Below, in pieces: positions 25,861 through 36,313 of a DNA stretch of 56,990 nt (positions within the stretch are counted from its first letter, which is position 1; the number at the start of each line of letters is the position of its first letter). The position numbers and the translations under genes are program-made. The DNA is taken from positions 1-56,990 of the forward strand of contig JBBQCV010000002.1 of the NCBI GenBank assembly GCA_038319115.1, given 5' to 3'. Below the pieces are notes generated by a model. It saw only the letters and a program-made list of their open reading frames with translations. It searched no databases and was not told where the DNA came from. The DNA is from Burkholderiales bacterium. Its GTDB lineage: Bacteria; Pseudomonadota; Gammaproteobacteria; Burkholderiales; SG8-39.

Positions 25861-25942
25861 TGCACCACTCCGATCACAGTAAATTTGGTTTGGGGAGGAA
25901 GCCGCAGGTGCAGGGCACCCCGGTCAGGAAATTTCGGGGCTT

Positions 25943-26683
25943 TCAGATCGTCATGCCACCGTCGACCGAGTACATGTTGCCGGTAGCGAACTTGGATTCG
26001 TCCGAGGCGAGGAACACGATGATGCCGGTGATGTCATCCACTCCTCCGAGCCGGCCCATCGGCTGGCGGGCGATGAAATCCTTCCTTGCCTGGACCGGGT
26101 CGGCGAAAGAGTTGATGCGCTCGTGCAACGACGGCGTGTCCACGGTCCCCGGGCCGATGGCGTTGCAGCGGATTCCCTGCTTCACATAGTCGGCAGCAAT
26201 GGCCTTGGTCAACCCGATTACCGCCGCCTTGGACGCGCCGTAGGCCAGGCGATTGGGCAACCCCTTCACGCTGGAGGCGATGGAGGACATGTTGATGATC
26301 GAGCCGGCGCCCTTGGCCAGCATCGCGGGCAGGAAAGCGCGGCAGGTGTAGTACATCGAGCGCACGTTGAGGTTGAAGCTGAACTCCCAGTCCTTGGGCG
26401 AGCAGTCGAAAATCGTGCCCTGGTGGACGTAGCCGGCGCAGTTGAACAGGATGTCGAGGTTGCCGATGTCCTTGGCGGCGGCATTGATCGCGGCCTCGTC
26501 CATGACATCGAGCACACGGGTGCGGATGCCTTGCTGGCCCTGCAGCGCGGCAAGCGCCTTTTCATTCACGTCGGTCGCCCACACGGTGGCGCCTTCGCGC
26601 GCAAAGGCTTCGGCTGCCGCGCGCCCTATGCCCTGTCCCGCCGCGGTGATCACCGCGACCTTGCCTGCGAGCCTGCCTGCCAT
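25943..26683 (-). CDS. Short-chain dehydrogenase/reductase, 2-keto-3-deoxy-sugar-acid 4-dehydrogenase-like (DHRS6/BDH2 type)
   Basis: 246 aa. VITAAGQGIG, NCAG, catalytic YGASKAAV and GPGTVDTP. It pairs with an FAH hydrolase, as in the described non-phosphorylative deoxy-sugar/pentose routes. Confidence 0.7.
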   Translation of the reverse strand: MAGRLAGKVAVITAAGQGIGRAAAEAFAREGATVWATDVNEKALAALQGQQGIRTRVLDVMDEAAINAAAKDIGNLDILFNCAGYVHQGTIFDCSPKDWEFSFNLNVRSMYYTCRAFLPAMLAKGAGSIINMSSIASSVKGLPNRLAYGASKAAVIGLTKAIAADYVKQGIRCNAIGPGTVDTPSLHERINSFADPVQARKDFIARQPMGRLGGVDDITGIIVFLASDESKFATGNMYSVDGGMTI

Positions 26684-26822
26684 TTTGTCTCCCGGTCGGT
26701 CCGGACTTGAGGGGAGCGCGGATTATATCAACGCCACCGCACGTTCCGCTTGCGCCCCGAGGTGCATTGCGAAACGGCGCGCACTGCGCGCGACGGCCCG
26801 GTCGGGCGACTTCCGCGCCCCG

Positions 26823-26847
26823 CCAATTGGCCTGACCACTTGACCAC
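26823..26847. promoter_or_regulatory. Candidate operator in the divergent SDR / gntR promoter region: palindrome CCAATTGG followed by the direct repeat TGACCAC-t-TGACCAC
   Basis: Read directly at 26823-26830, 26833-26839 and 26841-26847. FadR/GntR-type regulators often bind TGGT/ACCA-containing sites. No experimental support. Confidence 0.2.
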
Positions 26848-26920
26848 CCTTCTTGCCGTTGCTAGTCTCGCCGGGCGAACCGGGTCCCGCAGCCCACATG
26901 AAGCCCGGCGCACCGAGACA

Positions 26921-27622
26921 ATGCCCATCCAGACTGTCGAACCGCGACGCCTTTACCGGCAGATCGCAGACCAGATTCGCGCACTCATCGCCGGCGGCGA
27001 ATACACGCCCGGCGACCGGCTGCCCCCGGAACGCGACCTGGCCAAGCAACTGGGGGTCTCGCGGCCCTCGCTGCGCGAGGCGCTGATCGCCCTCGAGATG
27101 GAAACGCTGCTCGACGTGCGTGTCGGATCGGGCATCTACGTCACCCACCCGCGCGACACGCGGCGAAGCGCCGAGCTGGCCGGCGCCTCCGGCCCGTTCG
27201 AGGTCGTGCGCGCGCGCCGCCTCATCGAGGGCGAATGCGCCGCATTAGCTGCGAAGTCCGCCACCCCCGCCCAGGTGCGCGCGGTGCGTGAGGCGCACGC
27301 GGGCATCGTCGAGGAGTCCAAGCGCGACCACAACCCGCTGGGCGCCGACCGCCTGTTCCACGTGCGCATCGCCGAGGCCGGTGGCAACAGCGCCATGGTG
27401 CTGCTGGTGGAAACGCTGTGGGGCCAGCGCATGGGTCCCCTTTACCGCACCCTCGAGCGCAAGCTGGAATATCCCCTCATGGCCGCCGACACGATTCGCG
27501 AGCACAAGGCCATCGTCGCAGCGATCGCCAAGCACGATGCCCGCGCGGCCCGAAGCGCAATGCACCACCACATGGACATGACCATGAAGCGTTACAGCCA
27601 GGACTGGAAAGTGGAGCAATGA
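26921..27622 (+). CDS. GntR-family transcriptional regulator, FadR subfamily (FCD domain)
   Basis: 233 aa from the ATG at 26921. w[48 protein letters not shown], and a C-terminal helical FCD-like domain with H-rich HHHMDM. Confidence 0.85.
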   Translation: MPIQTVEPRRLYRQIADQIRALIAGGEYTPGDRLPPERDLAKQLGVSRPSLREALIALEMETLLDVRVGSGIYVTHPRDTRRSAELAGASGPFEVVRARRLIEGECAALAAKSATPAQVRAVREAHAGIVEESKRDHNPLGADRLFHVRIAEAGGNSAMVLLVETLWGQRMGPLYRTLERKLEYPLMAADTIREHKAIVAAIAKHDARAARSAMHHHMDMTMKRYSQDWKVEQ

Positions 27623-27623
27623 C

Positions 27624-28673
<1,050 letters not shown>

Positions 28674-28705
28674 GTTTCCCAGTTGAACCACGTGAGGAGG
28701 TCACA

Positions 28706-30025
28706 ATGAGCAACATGAAGCGCAGGGATTTTCTGAAGGTAAGCGCGGGAGCCGCCGCCGGTGCAGCCGCGCCCATGGCCTGGGTGAAGGACGCCAACGC
28801 CCAGTGGAGCAACCAGCCCGAAAAAGGCGCCAAGCTGCGCGTTCTGCGTTGGAGCCGCTTCGTGCAGGGCGACATCGACCAGTACATGGTGAACGTCAAG
28901 CGATTCACCGACAAGACCGGCATCGAAGTGCGTGTCGACAGCGAAAGCTGGGAAGACGTCCGGCCCAAGGCGGCGGTTGCGGCCAACACCGGCGCCGGCC
29001 CGGACATCATCCTGGGCACCAACGACGACGCCAACCTGTATCCCGAAAAGCTCCTCGATGTGACCGACCTGTGCAACTACCTGGGCAAGAAGTACGGCGG
29101 CTGGTACGCGCCGTGCGAAGCTTACCTGCGGCCCAACGGCAAGAACTGGATCGGCGTCCCGCTGGGCGCGGCCGGCAGCATGATGGTGTACCGCGAGAGC
29201 GCGCTCAAGAACGCCGGCTTCAACAGCTTCCCCAAGAACACCGACGACTTCCTCAAGATGATGAAGGCGCTCAAGGAAAAGGGCACGCCGGGCGGCTTTG
29301 CGCTCGGCCACGCCACGGGCGACGCGAACACCTGGTGCCACTGGCTGGTGTGGGCCTTCGGCGGCAAGATGGTCGACAAGTCGAACAAGGTGGTGCTCAA
29401 CAGCCCGCAGACGGTCAAGGCGCTGGAGTACGCCAAGGAGCTATACGGCACGTTCGCGCCGGGCACCCTGTCCTGGCTCGACCCGAACAACAACAAGGCG
29501 TTCCTTGACAGCCAGGTTTCGGTGACCAACAACGGGATCTCGATCTACTACGCGGCGAAGAACTCCAAGGACCCCAAGGTCCAGGACATGGTGAAGGACA
29601 TCCAGCACGCCGACTATCCGGTCGGGCCGGTGGGGTCGGCCGTCGCCTTCCAGCTGTTCTTCAACCAGATGATCTTCAAGTACACCAAGTACCCGAAGGC
29701 GGCCAAGGAGTTCCTGCGCTTCATGATGGAAGAGGAGCAGTACGGCGACTGGATGAAGGCCGGCATCGGCTACGTGGCGCAACCCCTGGCCGCCTACGCC
29801 AACAACCCGATCTGGACCGTCGACCCCAAGCACACCCCGTACCGCGACAGCGTGAAGAACCTGCGCCCCGCGGGCTGGGAGGGCAAGCTCGGCTACGCTT
29901 CGGCCGGTGCGCTGGCCGACTTCATCATTGTGGACATGGTGGCCGAAGCCGCCAGCGGCTCGAAGTCGCCCAAGGAGGCCGCCGAGCGTGCGCAGAAGCG
30001 CGCCGAGCGGTATTACAAGCTCTGA
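28706..30025 (+). CDS. ABC transporter extracellular solute-binding protein, family 1 (carbohydrate type), with a Tat-type signal
   Basis: 439 aa. N-terminus MSNMKRRDFLKVSAGAAAGAAAPMAWVKDANA carries the twin-arginine motif RRDFLK. Size and composition fit SBP_bac_1. Confidence 0.8.
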   Translation: MSNMKRRDFLKVSAGAAAGAAAPMAWVKDANAQWSNQPEKGAKLRVLRWSRFVQGDIDQYMVNVKRFTDKTGIEVRVDSESWEDVRPKAAVAANTGAGPDIILGTNDDANLYPEKLLDVTDLCNYLGKKYGGWYAPCEAYLRPNGKNWIGVPLGAAGSMMVYRESALKNAGFNSFPKNTDDFLKMMKALKEKGTPGGFALGHATGDANTWCHWLVWAFGGKMVDKSNKVVLNSPQTVKALEYAKELYGTFAPGTLSWLDPNNNKAFLDSQVSVTNNGISIYYAAKNSKDPKVQDMVKDIQHADYPVGPVGSAVAFQLFFNQMIFKYTKYPKAAKEFLRFMMEEEQYGDWMKAGIGYVAQPLAAYANNPIWTVDPKHTPYRDSVKNLRPAGWEGKLGYASAGALADFIIVDMVAEAASGSKSPKEAAERAQKRAERYYKL

Positions 30026-30053
30026 TTCGACCAGCTCTGAGGCACCACGCCGC

Positions 30054-30953
30054 ATGAAAAACTGGCTGGACAACCGGAACGTCCTCGGGGGGCTGTTCAT
30101 GCTCCCTGCGGGCGCCCTGTTGCTCGTTTTCCTCACCTACCCGCTCGGCCTGGGGACGTGGCTGGGCTTCACCGACGCCAAGATCGGGCGCCCGGGCGAG
30201 TGGATAGGCGCGGAGAACTTCGTCTTCCTGTTCGGCGACAGTGTCGCGCGCCTGTCGCTGTTCAACACGCTTTTCTACACCATCGTGGCGAGCGTGCTCA
30301 AGTTCGCGCTGGGCCTGTGGCTCGCGCTGCTCCTGAACAAGAACCTGCCGTTCAAGGCGTTCCTGCGCGCAATCGTATTGCTGCCCTTCATCGTTCCCAC
30401 TGCGCTGTCGGCCATCGCATTCTGGTGGCTGTACGACTCGCAGTTCTCGGTCATCTCGTGGACCCTCACCAAGATGGGGGTCATCGACACTTACATCGAT
30501 TTCCTGGGCGAGCCGTGGCTCGCGCGCCTTTCGACCATCGCGGCCAACGTGTGGCGCGGCGTGCCGTTCGTCGCGATCACCCTGCTGGCGGGCCTGCAAA
30601 CCATCCCGCCTTCCCTGTACGAAGCCGCGTCGCTCGATGGCGCGACGGAATGGCAGCGCTTCTGGTACATCACGTTACCGATGCTGACGCCGATCATCGC
30701 CGTAGTGATGACGTTCTCGGTGCTGTTCACGTTCACCGATTTCCAGCTGATTTACGTGCTCACGCGCGGCGGGCCGCTCAACGCGACCCACCTGATGGCC
30801 ACGCTTTCGTTCCAGCGCGCCATCCCGGGCGGCGCCCTGGGCGAGGGCGCGGCGCTCGCGACCGCCATGGTGCCCTTCCTTCTCGCGGCGATCCTGTTCA
30901 GCTATTTCGGCCTGCAGCGGCGCGCCTGGCAGCAGGGAGGCACCGACAAATGA
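30054..30953 (+). CDS. Sugar ABC transporter permease (MalF/UgpA type)
   Basis: 299 aa from the ATG at 30054, with six hydrophobic segments and the EAA loop YEAASLDGATEWQRFWYITLPML. Confidence 0.85.
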   Translation: MKNWLDNRNVLGGLFMLPAGALLLVFLTYPLGLGTWLGFTDAKIGRPGEWIGAENFVFLFGDSVARLSLFNTLFYTIVASVLKFALGLWLALLLNKNLPFKAFLRAIVLLPFIVPTALSAIAFWWLYDSQFSVISWTLTKMGVIDTYIDFLGEPWLARLSTIAANVWRGVPFVAITLLAGLQTIPPSLYEAASLDGATEWQRFWYITLPMLTPIIAVVMTFSVLFTFTDFQLIYVLTRGGPLNATHLMATLSFQRAIPGGALGEGAALATAMVPFLLAAILFSYFGLQRRAWQQGGTDK

Positions 30954-31828
30954 GCACCCAGACCCAGACCGAAGACTCCAAGGGCATGGAATACCTCGAC
31001 AGCGGCCTGCGCCGCTGGGTGACGGTCTACATCCCGCTCCTCATTTTCCTGTTCGTGCTGCTGTTTCCCTTCTACTGGATGGTGATGACCTCGTTCAAGT
31101 CGAACGAGGAACTGGCCTCGCGCGCCGCCAACCCTTTCTGGATCGTGCAGCCCACCCTCGAACACTTTGAAAAGCTCCTGCTGCACACTTCGTACCCCCA
31201 GTGGATGTGGAACACCATCATCGTGTCAGTGGTGGCGACCTTCACCTCGCTCGCGGCCAGCGTGTTCGCTGCCTACGCGATCGAGCGCCTGCGCTACAAA
31301 GGCTCCAAGCAGGTGGGCCTGGCGATCTTCCTCGCCTACCTCGTGCCGCCGTCGATCCTGTTCATCCCGCTGGCGGCGATCGTGTTCAAGCTCGGCCTGT
31401 TCGACACGCGCTGGGCGCTGATCCTCACCTACCCGACGTTCCTGATCCCGTTCTGCACCTGGCTCCTCATGGGGTATTTCCGCACCATCCCCTATGAGCT
31501 GGAAGAGTGCGCGCTCATCGACGGCGCCACGCGCTGGCAGGTGCTCACGCGCATCATCCTGCCACTGGCGGTGCCGGGCCTCATTTCGGCGGGGATCTTC
31601 GCGTTCACTCTGTCGTGGAACGAGTTCATTTATGCGCTCACCTTCATTTCGGCGTCGGAGAACAAGACCGTTCCGGTCGGCGTGATCACCGAACTGGTCG
31701 AAGGCGACGTCTACCACTGGGGCGCCCTCATGGCAGGCGCCCTGCTCGGCTCGCTCCCGGTGGCGGTGCTGTACTCGTTTTTCGTCGAATATTACGTTTC
31801 CGGCATGACCGGGGCGGTGAAGGAATAG
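30950..31828 (+). CDS. Sugar ABC transporter permease (MalG/UgpE type)
   Basis: 292 aa. The ATG at 30950 overlaps the previous stop (ATGA). EAA loop LEECALIDGATRWQVLTRIILPLA. Confidence 0.85.
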   Translation: MSTQTQTEDSKGMEYLDSGLRRWVTVYIPLLIFLFVLLFPFYWMVMTSFKSNEELASRAANPFWIVQPTLEHFEKLLLHTSYPQWMWNTIIVSVVATFTSLAASVFAAYAIERLRYKGSKQVGLAIFLAYLVPPSILFIPLAAIVFKLGLFDTRWALILTYPTFLIPFCTWLLMGYFRTIPYELEECALIDGATRWQVLTRIILPLAVPGLISAGIFAFTLSWNEFIYALTFISASENKTVPVGVITELVEGDVYHWGALMAGALLGSLPVAVLYSFFVEYYVSGMTGAVKE

Positions 31829-31844
31829 ACAGGAGATCGCGCGA

Positions 31845-32546
31845 ATGAACCAACTCGACTTCAAGGGCCGCACGGCGGTGGTCACCGGCGGCATGCAGGG
31901 CATCGGCGCCGCCATCGTCCAGCGGCTGGAATCTTCCGGCGCCAAAGTGCGCGTGTGGGACCTCGACGCCAAGGACAAGGTCGACGTCGCCGACCCGGTC
32001 TCGGTGGAGCAGGCCACCGCGCGAGCGGTCGCCGAGTTGGGGAAGATCGACGTACTGGTCAACAACGCCGGCATCGCGGGCATGAACAAGCCCACCGTCG
32101 ATTACCCGGTGGAGGAATGGCTGCGGGTGCTGTCGATCAACCTCACCAGCCAGTTCCTGTGCTGCCGCGCCGTGGCGCCGCACATGGTCAAGGCGGGCTA
32201 CGGACGCATCGTCAACATCGCCTCGGTAGCGGGCAAGGAAGGCAACCCGAATGCGGTGGCGTACTCGGCCTCGAAGGCGGGTGTCATCTCGCTCACCAAG
32301 TCTTTGGGCAAGGAGCTCGCCCAGGCCGGCGTGCTGGTCAACTGTGTCACGCCCGCGGCGGCCAAGACCGCCATCTTCGACCAGATGACCGAGCAGCACA
32401 TCAATTACATGCTCGCCAAGATACCCATGAACCGCTTCGTGCAGGTCGGCGAGATCGCGGCGCTGGTCGGCTGGCTCGCGTCGGAGGACTGCTCGTTCTC
32501 GACTGGGGCGGTGTTCGACATTTCCGGTGGCCGGGCCACTTACTGA
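31845..32546 (+). CDS. Short-chain dehydrogenase/reductase (candidate sugar or sugar-acid dehydrogenase)
   Basis: 233 aa. TGGMQGIGAAI, NNAGI, and catalytic S...YSASKAGV. The substrate cannot be read from the sequence. Confidence 0.75.
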   Translation: MNQLDFKGRTAVVTGGMQGIGAAIVQRLESSGAKVRVWDLDAKDKVDVADPVSVEQATARAVAELGKIDVLVNNAGIAGMNKPTVDYPVEEWLRVLSINLTSQFLCCRAVAPHMVKAGYGRIVNIASVAGKEGNPNAVAYSASKAGVISLTKSLGKELAQAGVLVNCVTPAAAKTAIFDQMTEQHINYMLAKIPMNRFVQVGEIAALVGWLASEDCSFSTGAVFDISGGRATY

Positions 32547-32572
32547 GCAACCTCAACCCCACGGGCGGAACA

Positions 32573-34306
32573 ATGGCAACCAAAAAGAAGGACGGCCTGC
32601 GCAGCATCAAGTGGTTCGGGCGCGACGACATCTACGGCTTCATCTACCGCAGCTGGATGAAGAACAAGGGCATTCCCCACGACCAGTTCGACGGTCGCCC
32701 GGTCATCGGCATCTGCAACACGTGGTCGGAACTGGTGCCGTGCAATTCGCATTTCCGCGTCCTTGCGCAACACGTGCGCGACGGCGTGCTCGAAGCCGGC
32801 GGTTTCCCGCTGGAGTTCCCGGTCATGTCGCTGGGCGAGACCCTGTTGCGCCCCACCGCCATGCTGTACCGCAACCTCGTGAGCATGGATGTCGAGGAGT
32901 CGATCCGCGCCAACCCGCTCGACGGCGTGGTGCTGCTGGTGGGTTGCGACAAGACGACGCCCGCCCTGCTCATGGGGGCGTCGAGCGTGGACCTGCCCAC
33001 GGTGGCCGTATCCGGCGGCCCGATGCTCTCCGGCAAGTACCGCGGCACCGACATCGGCTCGGGCACCAACGTCTGGTCGATGTCCGAAGACCTGCGCGCG
33101 GGGAAGATCACCCAGGACGAGTTCCACGAAGCCGAGTCGTGCATGCACCGCTCGCACGGTCACTGCATGACCATGGGCACGGCTTCCACGATGGCCTCGA
33201 TGGTCGAAGCGCTTGGCGTCGGCATGCCTGGCAATGCGGCCATCCCTGCCGTCGATGCACGCCGCTATGTGCTGGCGCGCGAAGCGGGGCGCCGTGCAGT
33301 CGAAATGGTGCGTGAGAAGCTCACGCTCTCGAAGATCCTCACGCGCAAGGCGTTCGAGAATGCCATCCGCACCAACGCGGCCATCGGCGGATCGACCAAC
33401 GCCGTGATCCACCTCATCGCGATCGCGCGCCGGATCGGCGTGGACCTAAAGCTGGAAGACTGGGACAAGTTCGGCCGCGGCATCCACACGCTGGTCAACC
33501 TGATGCCCAACGGCAAGTACCTCATGGAGGACTTCTACTACGCAGGCGGCCTGCCGGCGGTGCTGCGCGAGCTCGGGCGCAACGACAAGCTGCACAAGGA
33601 CGCGCTCACCATCAACGGCAAGACCATCTGGCAGAACAACAAGGATGCGCCGTGCTACAACCGCGACGTCATCCACACATTTGACAAGCCCTTCAAGAAG
33701 AACACCGGCATCGCGGTCCTGCGCGGCAACCTGTGCCCGGACGGCGCGATCATCAAGCCCTCGGCGGCCACCCCGCGCCTGATGAAGCACAAGGGGCGCG
33801 CGGTCGTGTTCGAGGACATCGAGGATTTCCACTCGCGCATCGACGACCCGAAGCTCGATATCAATGCCGATTCTGTCATGGTGCTGAAGAACTGCGGCCC
33901 GCGCGGCTATCCCGGCATGGCGGAGGTGGGCAACATGCCGCTGCCGCCCAAGCTTCTCAAGAAGGGCATCACCGACATGGTGCGCGTCTCGGATGCGCGC
34001 ATGAGCGGCACGGCCTACGGCACGGTGGTGCTGCATACCGCCCCCGAAGCCGCCGCGGGTGGCGTGCTCGCACTGGTGGAGAACGGCGACCTGGTCGAAC
34101 TGGATGTCGCCAAGCGCCGACTTGAGTTGCACGTCTCCGAGGAGGAGCTCGCCAAGCGGCGCAAGAAGTGGAAGGCGCCCAAGCCGCCCCTCACGCGCGG
34201 CTACTGGAAGCTGTACAACGACCACGTCCTGCAGGCCAATGAAGGCGCCGACCTCGACTTCCTCGTCGGCAAGAGCGGGGCGCTGGTGCCCCGCGACAAC
34301 CACTAG
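32573..34306 (+). CDS. IlvD/Edd-family sugar-acid dehydratase (pentonate/hexonate dehydratase type)
   Basis: 577 aa from the ATG at 32573. ICNTWSEL.PCN, LLVGCDKTTPALLMGA, HGHCMTMGTASTMA and SDARMSGTAYG are family hallmarks, including the Fe-S cysteines. This is not an ilv-operon context. Confidence 0.85.
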   Translation: MATKKKDGLRSIKWFGRDDIYGFIYRSWMKNKGIPHDQFDGRPVIGICNTWSELVPCNSHFRVLAQHVRDGVLEAGGFPLEFPVMSLGETLLRPTAMLYRNLVSMDVEESIRANPLDGVVLLVGCDKTTPALLMGASSVDLPTVAVSGGPMLSGKYRGTDIGSGTNVWSMSEDLRAGKITQDEFHEAESCMHRSHGHCMTMGTASTMASMVEALGVGMPGNAAIPAVDARRYVLAREAGRRAVEMVREKLTLSKILTRKAFENAIRTNAAIGGSTNAVIHLIAIARRIGVDLKLEDWDKFGRGIHTLVNLMPNGKYLMEDFYYAGGLPAVLRELGRNDKLHKDALTINGKTIWQNNKDAPCYNRDVIHTFDKPFKKNTGIAVLRGNLCPDGAIIKPSAATPRLMKHKGRAVVFEDIEDFHSRIDDPKLDINADSVMVLKNCGPRGYPGMAEVGNMPLPPKLLKKGITDMVRVSDARMSGTAYGTVVLHTAPEAAAGGVLALVENGDLVELDVAKRRLELHVSEEELAKRRKKWKAPKPPLTRGYWKLYNDHVLQANEGADLDFLVGKSGALVPRDNH

Positions 34307-34321
34307 CCGCGCGGACTGCCG

Positions 34322-34906
34322 ATGGCCCAGAACGCAGTGGACGCCCCGCATGAGAGCTCCGGCATCCTCGGGGCCGACGGTGAGTTCCACATCACCGACG
34401 AGCCGATCGACCTTGGCGTGTACGCATGGGAAGACTGGGTGGCGCTGGCGCTCTTCTGGGTGCTGGCGGGCACCGTCTTCTACCAGTTTTTTACCCGTTA
34501 CGCGCTCAACGACTCGGCTTCGTGGACCGAGGAGATCGCGCGCTACCTGCTGATCTGCATAGTGTTCGTCGGCGCAACGATGTCGGTGCGCAAGAACACC
34601 CACATCCACGTCGATATCTTCTACCGGTTCATGCCGCGGCCGATGGCGCGCACGATGTCGACTTTCGTCGACGGGTTTCGCATCGTCTTCTTCGCCTACG
34701 CGATCTACCTCACGTGGCTGCTCATGGGCAAGATCGGCAAGCAACCCATGGCCATCATCGACTGGCCGATCGGCATCATCTACGCGTTCGTGATGTTCGG
34801 GTTCGTCCTGATGTGCTACCGGGCGGTCACGACCGCCATCAAGCACTGGCGCCAGGGGTTCAGCGTGCTCGAGCGGCCCGAGTTCGCCGGCAGCGAGCAG
34901 GCATGA
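34322..34906 (+). CDS. TRAP transporter small permease subunit (DctQ type)
   Basis: 194 aa with four hydrophobic helices and ...SWTEEIARYLLICIVFVGATMSVR... typical of DctQ. The stop overlaps the dctM-like start. Confidence 0.8.
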   Translation: MAQNAVDAPHESSGILGADGEFHITDEPIDLGVYAWEDWVALALFWVLAGTVFYQFFTRYALNDSASWTEEIARYLLICIVFVGATMSVRKNTHIHVDIFYRFMPRPMARTMSTFVDGFRIVFFAYAIYLTWLLMGKIGKQPMAIIDWPIGIIYAFVMFGFVLMCYRAVTTAIKHWRQGFSVLERPEFAGSEQA

Positions 34907-36303
34907 CCGCCGTCCTGCTGATTTCGTTCCTGGTGCTGATGTGCGCCGGCGTCCCCGTGGCACTGGCAATGGCCGGTGCCTCACTGCTCTACGTCATGCT
35001 CTCGGGGACGATCCCGGATTTCGTGGTGATTCACCGCATGGTCAACGGCATCGACAGCTTTCCGCTGCTGGCGGTGCCGTTCTTCATCCTCGCCGGCAAC
35101 CTGATGAACTCCGCCGGCATCACCAACCGGATTTACAACTTCGCCCTCGCCCTGGTCGGCTGGCTCAAGGGCGGCCTGGGCCATGTCAACGTGCTTGGCT
35201 CGGTGATCTTCGCCGGGATGTCGGGCACCGCCATCGCCGACGCAGCCGGTCTGGGGACCATTGAGATCAAGGCCATGACGGACCATGGCTACTCCAAGGA
35301 ATTCGCGGTCGGCGTAACGGCGGCTTCGGCAACGCTCGGGCCGATCATCCCGCCCTCGCTGCCTTTCGTGATCTACGCGATGTTCGCCAACGTTTCGGTA
35401 GGCCAGCTGTTCCTCGCCGGCATCATCCCTGGGGTGGTCATGGCCCTGCTCATGATGATCACGGTCGCGTATTTCGCCCACCGCAACAACTGGGGCAATG
35501 ACATCCCCTTCAGCTGGGCCAGGATCAACAAGGCCCTGCTGGAACTCGTGGTGGTGGTGGTTTTCCCGGTGGCCATCTGGCTCGCGACCGCGGCCGGAAC
35601 GGAGCCGGCGATTACGTTCTTCGCCGCGCTGGCCCTGCTGCTCCTGGCCGACCACTATCTGCGCTTTAACGCCGTGCTACCGATCATGACGCCGATCCTG
35701 CTGATCGGCGGCATGACCAGCGGGATCTTTACCGCGACGGAAGGGGCCATCGCAGCCTGCGTGTGGGCGATGTTCCTCGGGCTGGTCTGGTACCGCACCC
35801 TCACATGGAAGATGCTCGCCAAGGTCTCGATGGACACTGTCGAGACGACCGCGACGGTGCTCCTCATCGTCGCCGCGGCCTCGATCTTCGGCTGGCTCCT
35901 GACGGTGACCCGGGTGACGGACGCGGTGGCGGGGATGGTGCTTTCCTACACCAACAATCCGGCGGTGTTCCTGCTCCTCGCCAACCTCCTGATGCTGTTC
36001 GTGGGATGTTTTCTCGAGCCCACCGCGGCGATCACCATCCTGGTCCCGATCCTGCTGCCGATCTGCCTCAAGCTGGGCATCGATCCGGTCCATTTCGGCC
36101 TGGTCATGATCCTGAACCTCATGATCGGCCTGCTGCACCCCCCCATGGGGATGGTGCTTTTTGTGCTCGCGCGCGTGGCCAAGCTGTCGGTGGAGCGCAC
36201 GACGATTGCGATCCTGCCGTGGCTGGTACCCTTGCTCCTGAGCCTGGCATTGATAACCTACGTACCGGAGATCGCGCTCTGGCTGCCGCGCCAATTTTTC
36301 TGA
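34903..36303 (+). CDS. TRAP transporter large permease subunit (DctM type)
   Basis: 466 aa from the ATG at 34903 (ATGA overlap). ...LLAVPFFILAGNLMNSAGIT.R...GHVNVLGSVIFAGMSGTAIADAA... are DctM motifs. Confidence 0.85.
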   Translation: MTAVLLISFLVLMCAGVPVALAMAGASLLYVMLSGTIPDFVVIHRMVNGIDSFPLLAVPFFILAGNLMNSAGITNRIYNFALALVGWLKGGLGHVNVLGSVIFAGMSGTAIADAAGLGTIEIKAMTDHGYSKEFAVGVTAASATLGPIIPPSLPFVIYAMFANVSVGQLFLAGIIPGVVMALLMMITVAYFAHRNNWGNDIPFSWARINKALLELVVVVVFPVAIWLATAAGTEPAITFFAALALLLLADHYLRFNAVLPIMTPILLIGGMTSGIFTATEGAIAACVWAMFLGLVWYRTLTWKMLAKVSMDTVETTATVLLIVAAASIFGWLLTVTRVTDAVAGMVLSYTNNPAVFLLLANLLMLFVGCFLEPTAAITILVPILLPICLKLGIDPVHFGLVMILNLMIGLLHPPMGMVLFVLARVAKLSVERTTIAILPWLVPLLLSLALITYVPEIALWLPRQFF

Positions 36304-36313
36304 GGAGCTGACC

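Noticed and set aside
33446-34984. 512-aa minus-strand ORF; similar long shadow ORFs at 7630-9126, 9351-11204, 1119-2438, 2840-4321, 4272-6056, 36317-37864, 40600-42087, 53521-54855 and 19839-21827
   Set aside because: Each overlaps a confidently identified gene on the opposite strand or in another frame. Their translations are Arg/Ala/Gly/Pro-rich without recognisable domains, start signals or independent terminators.
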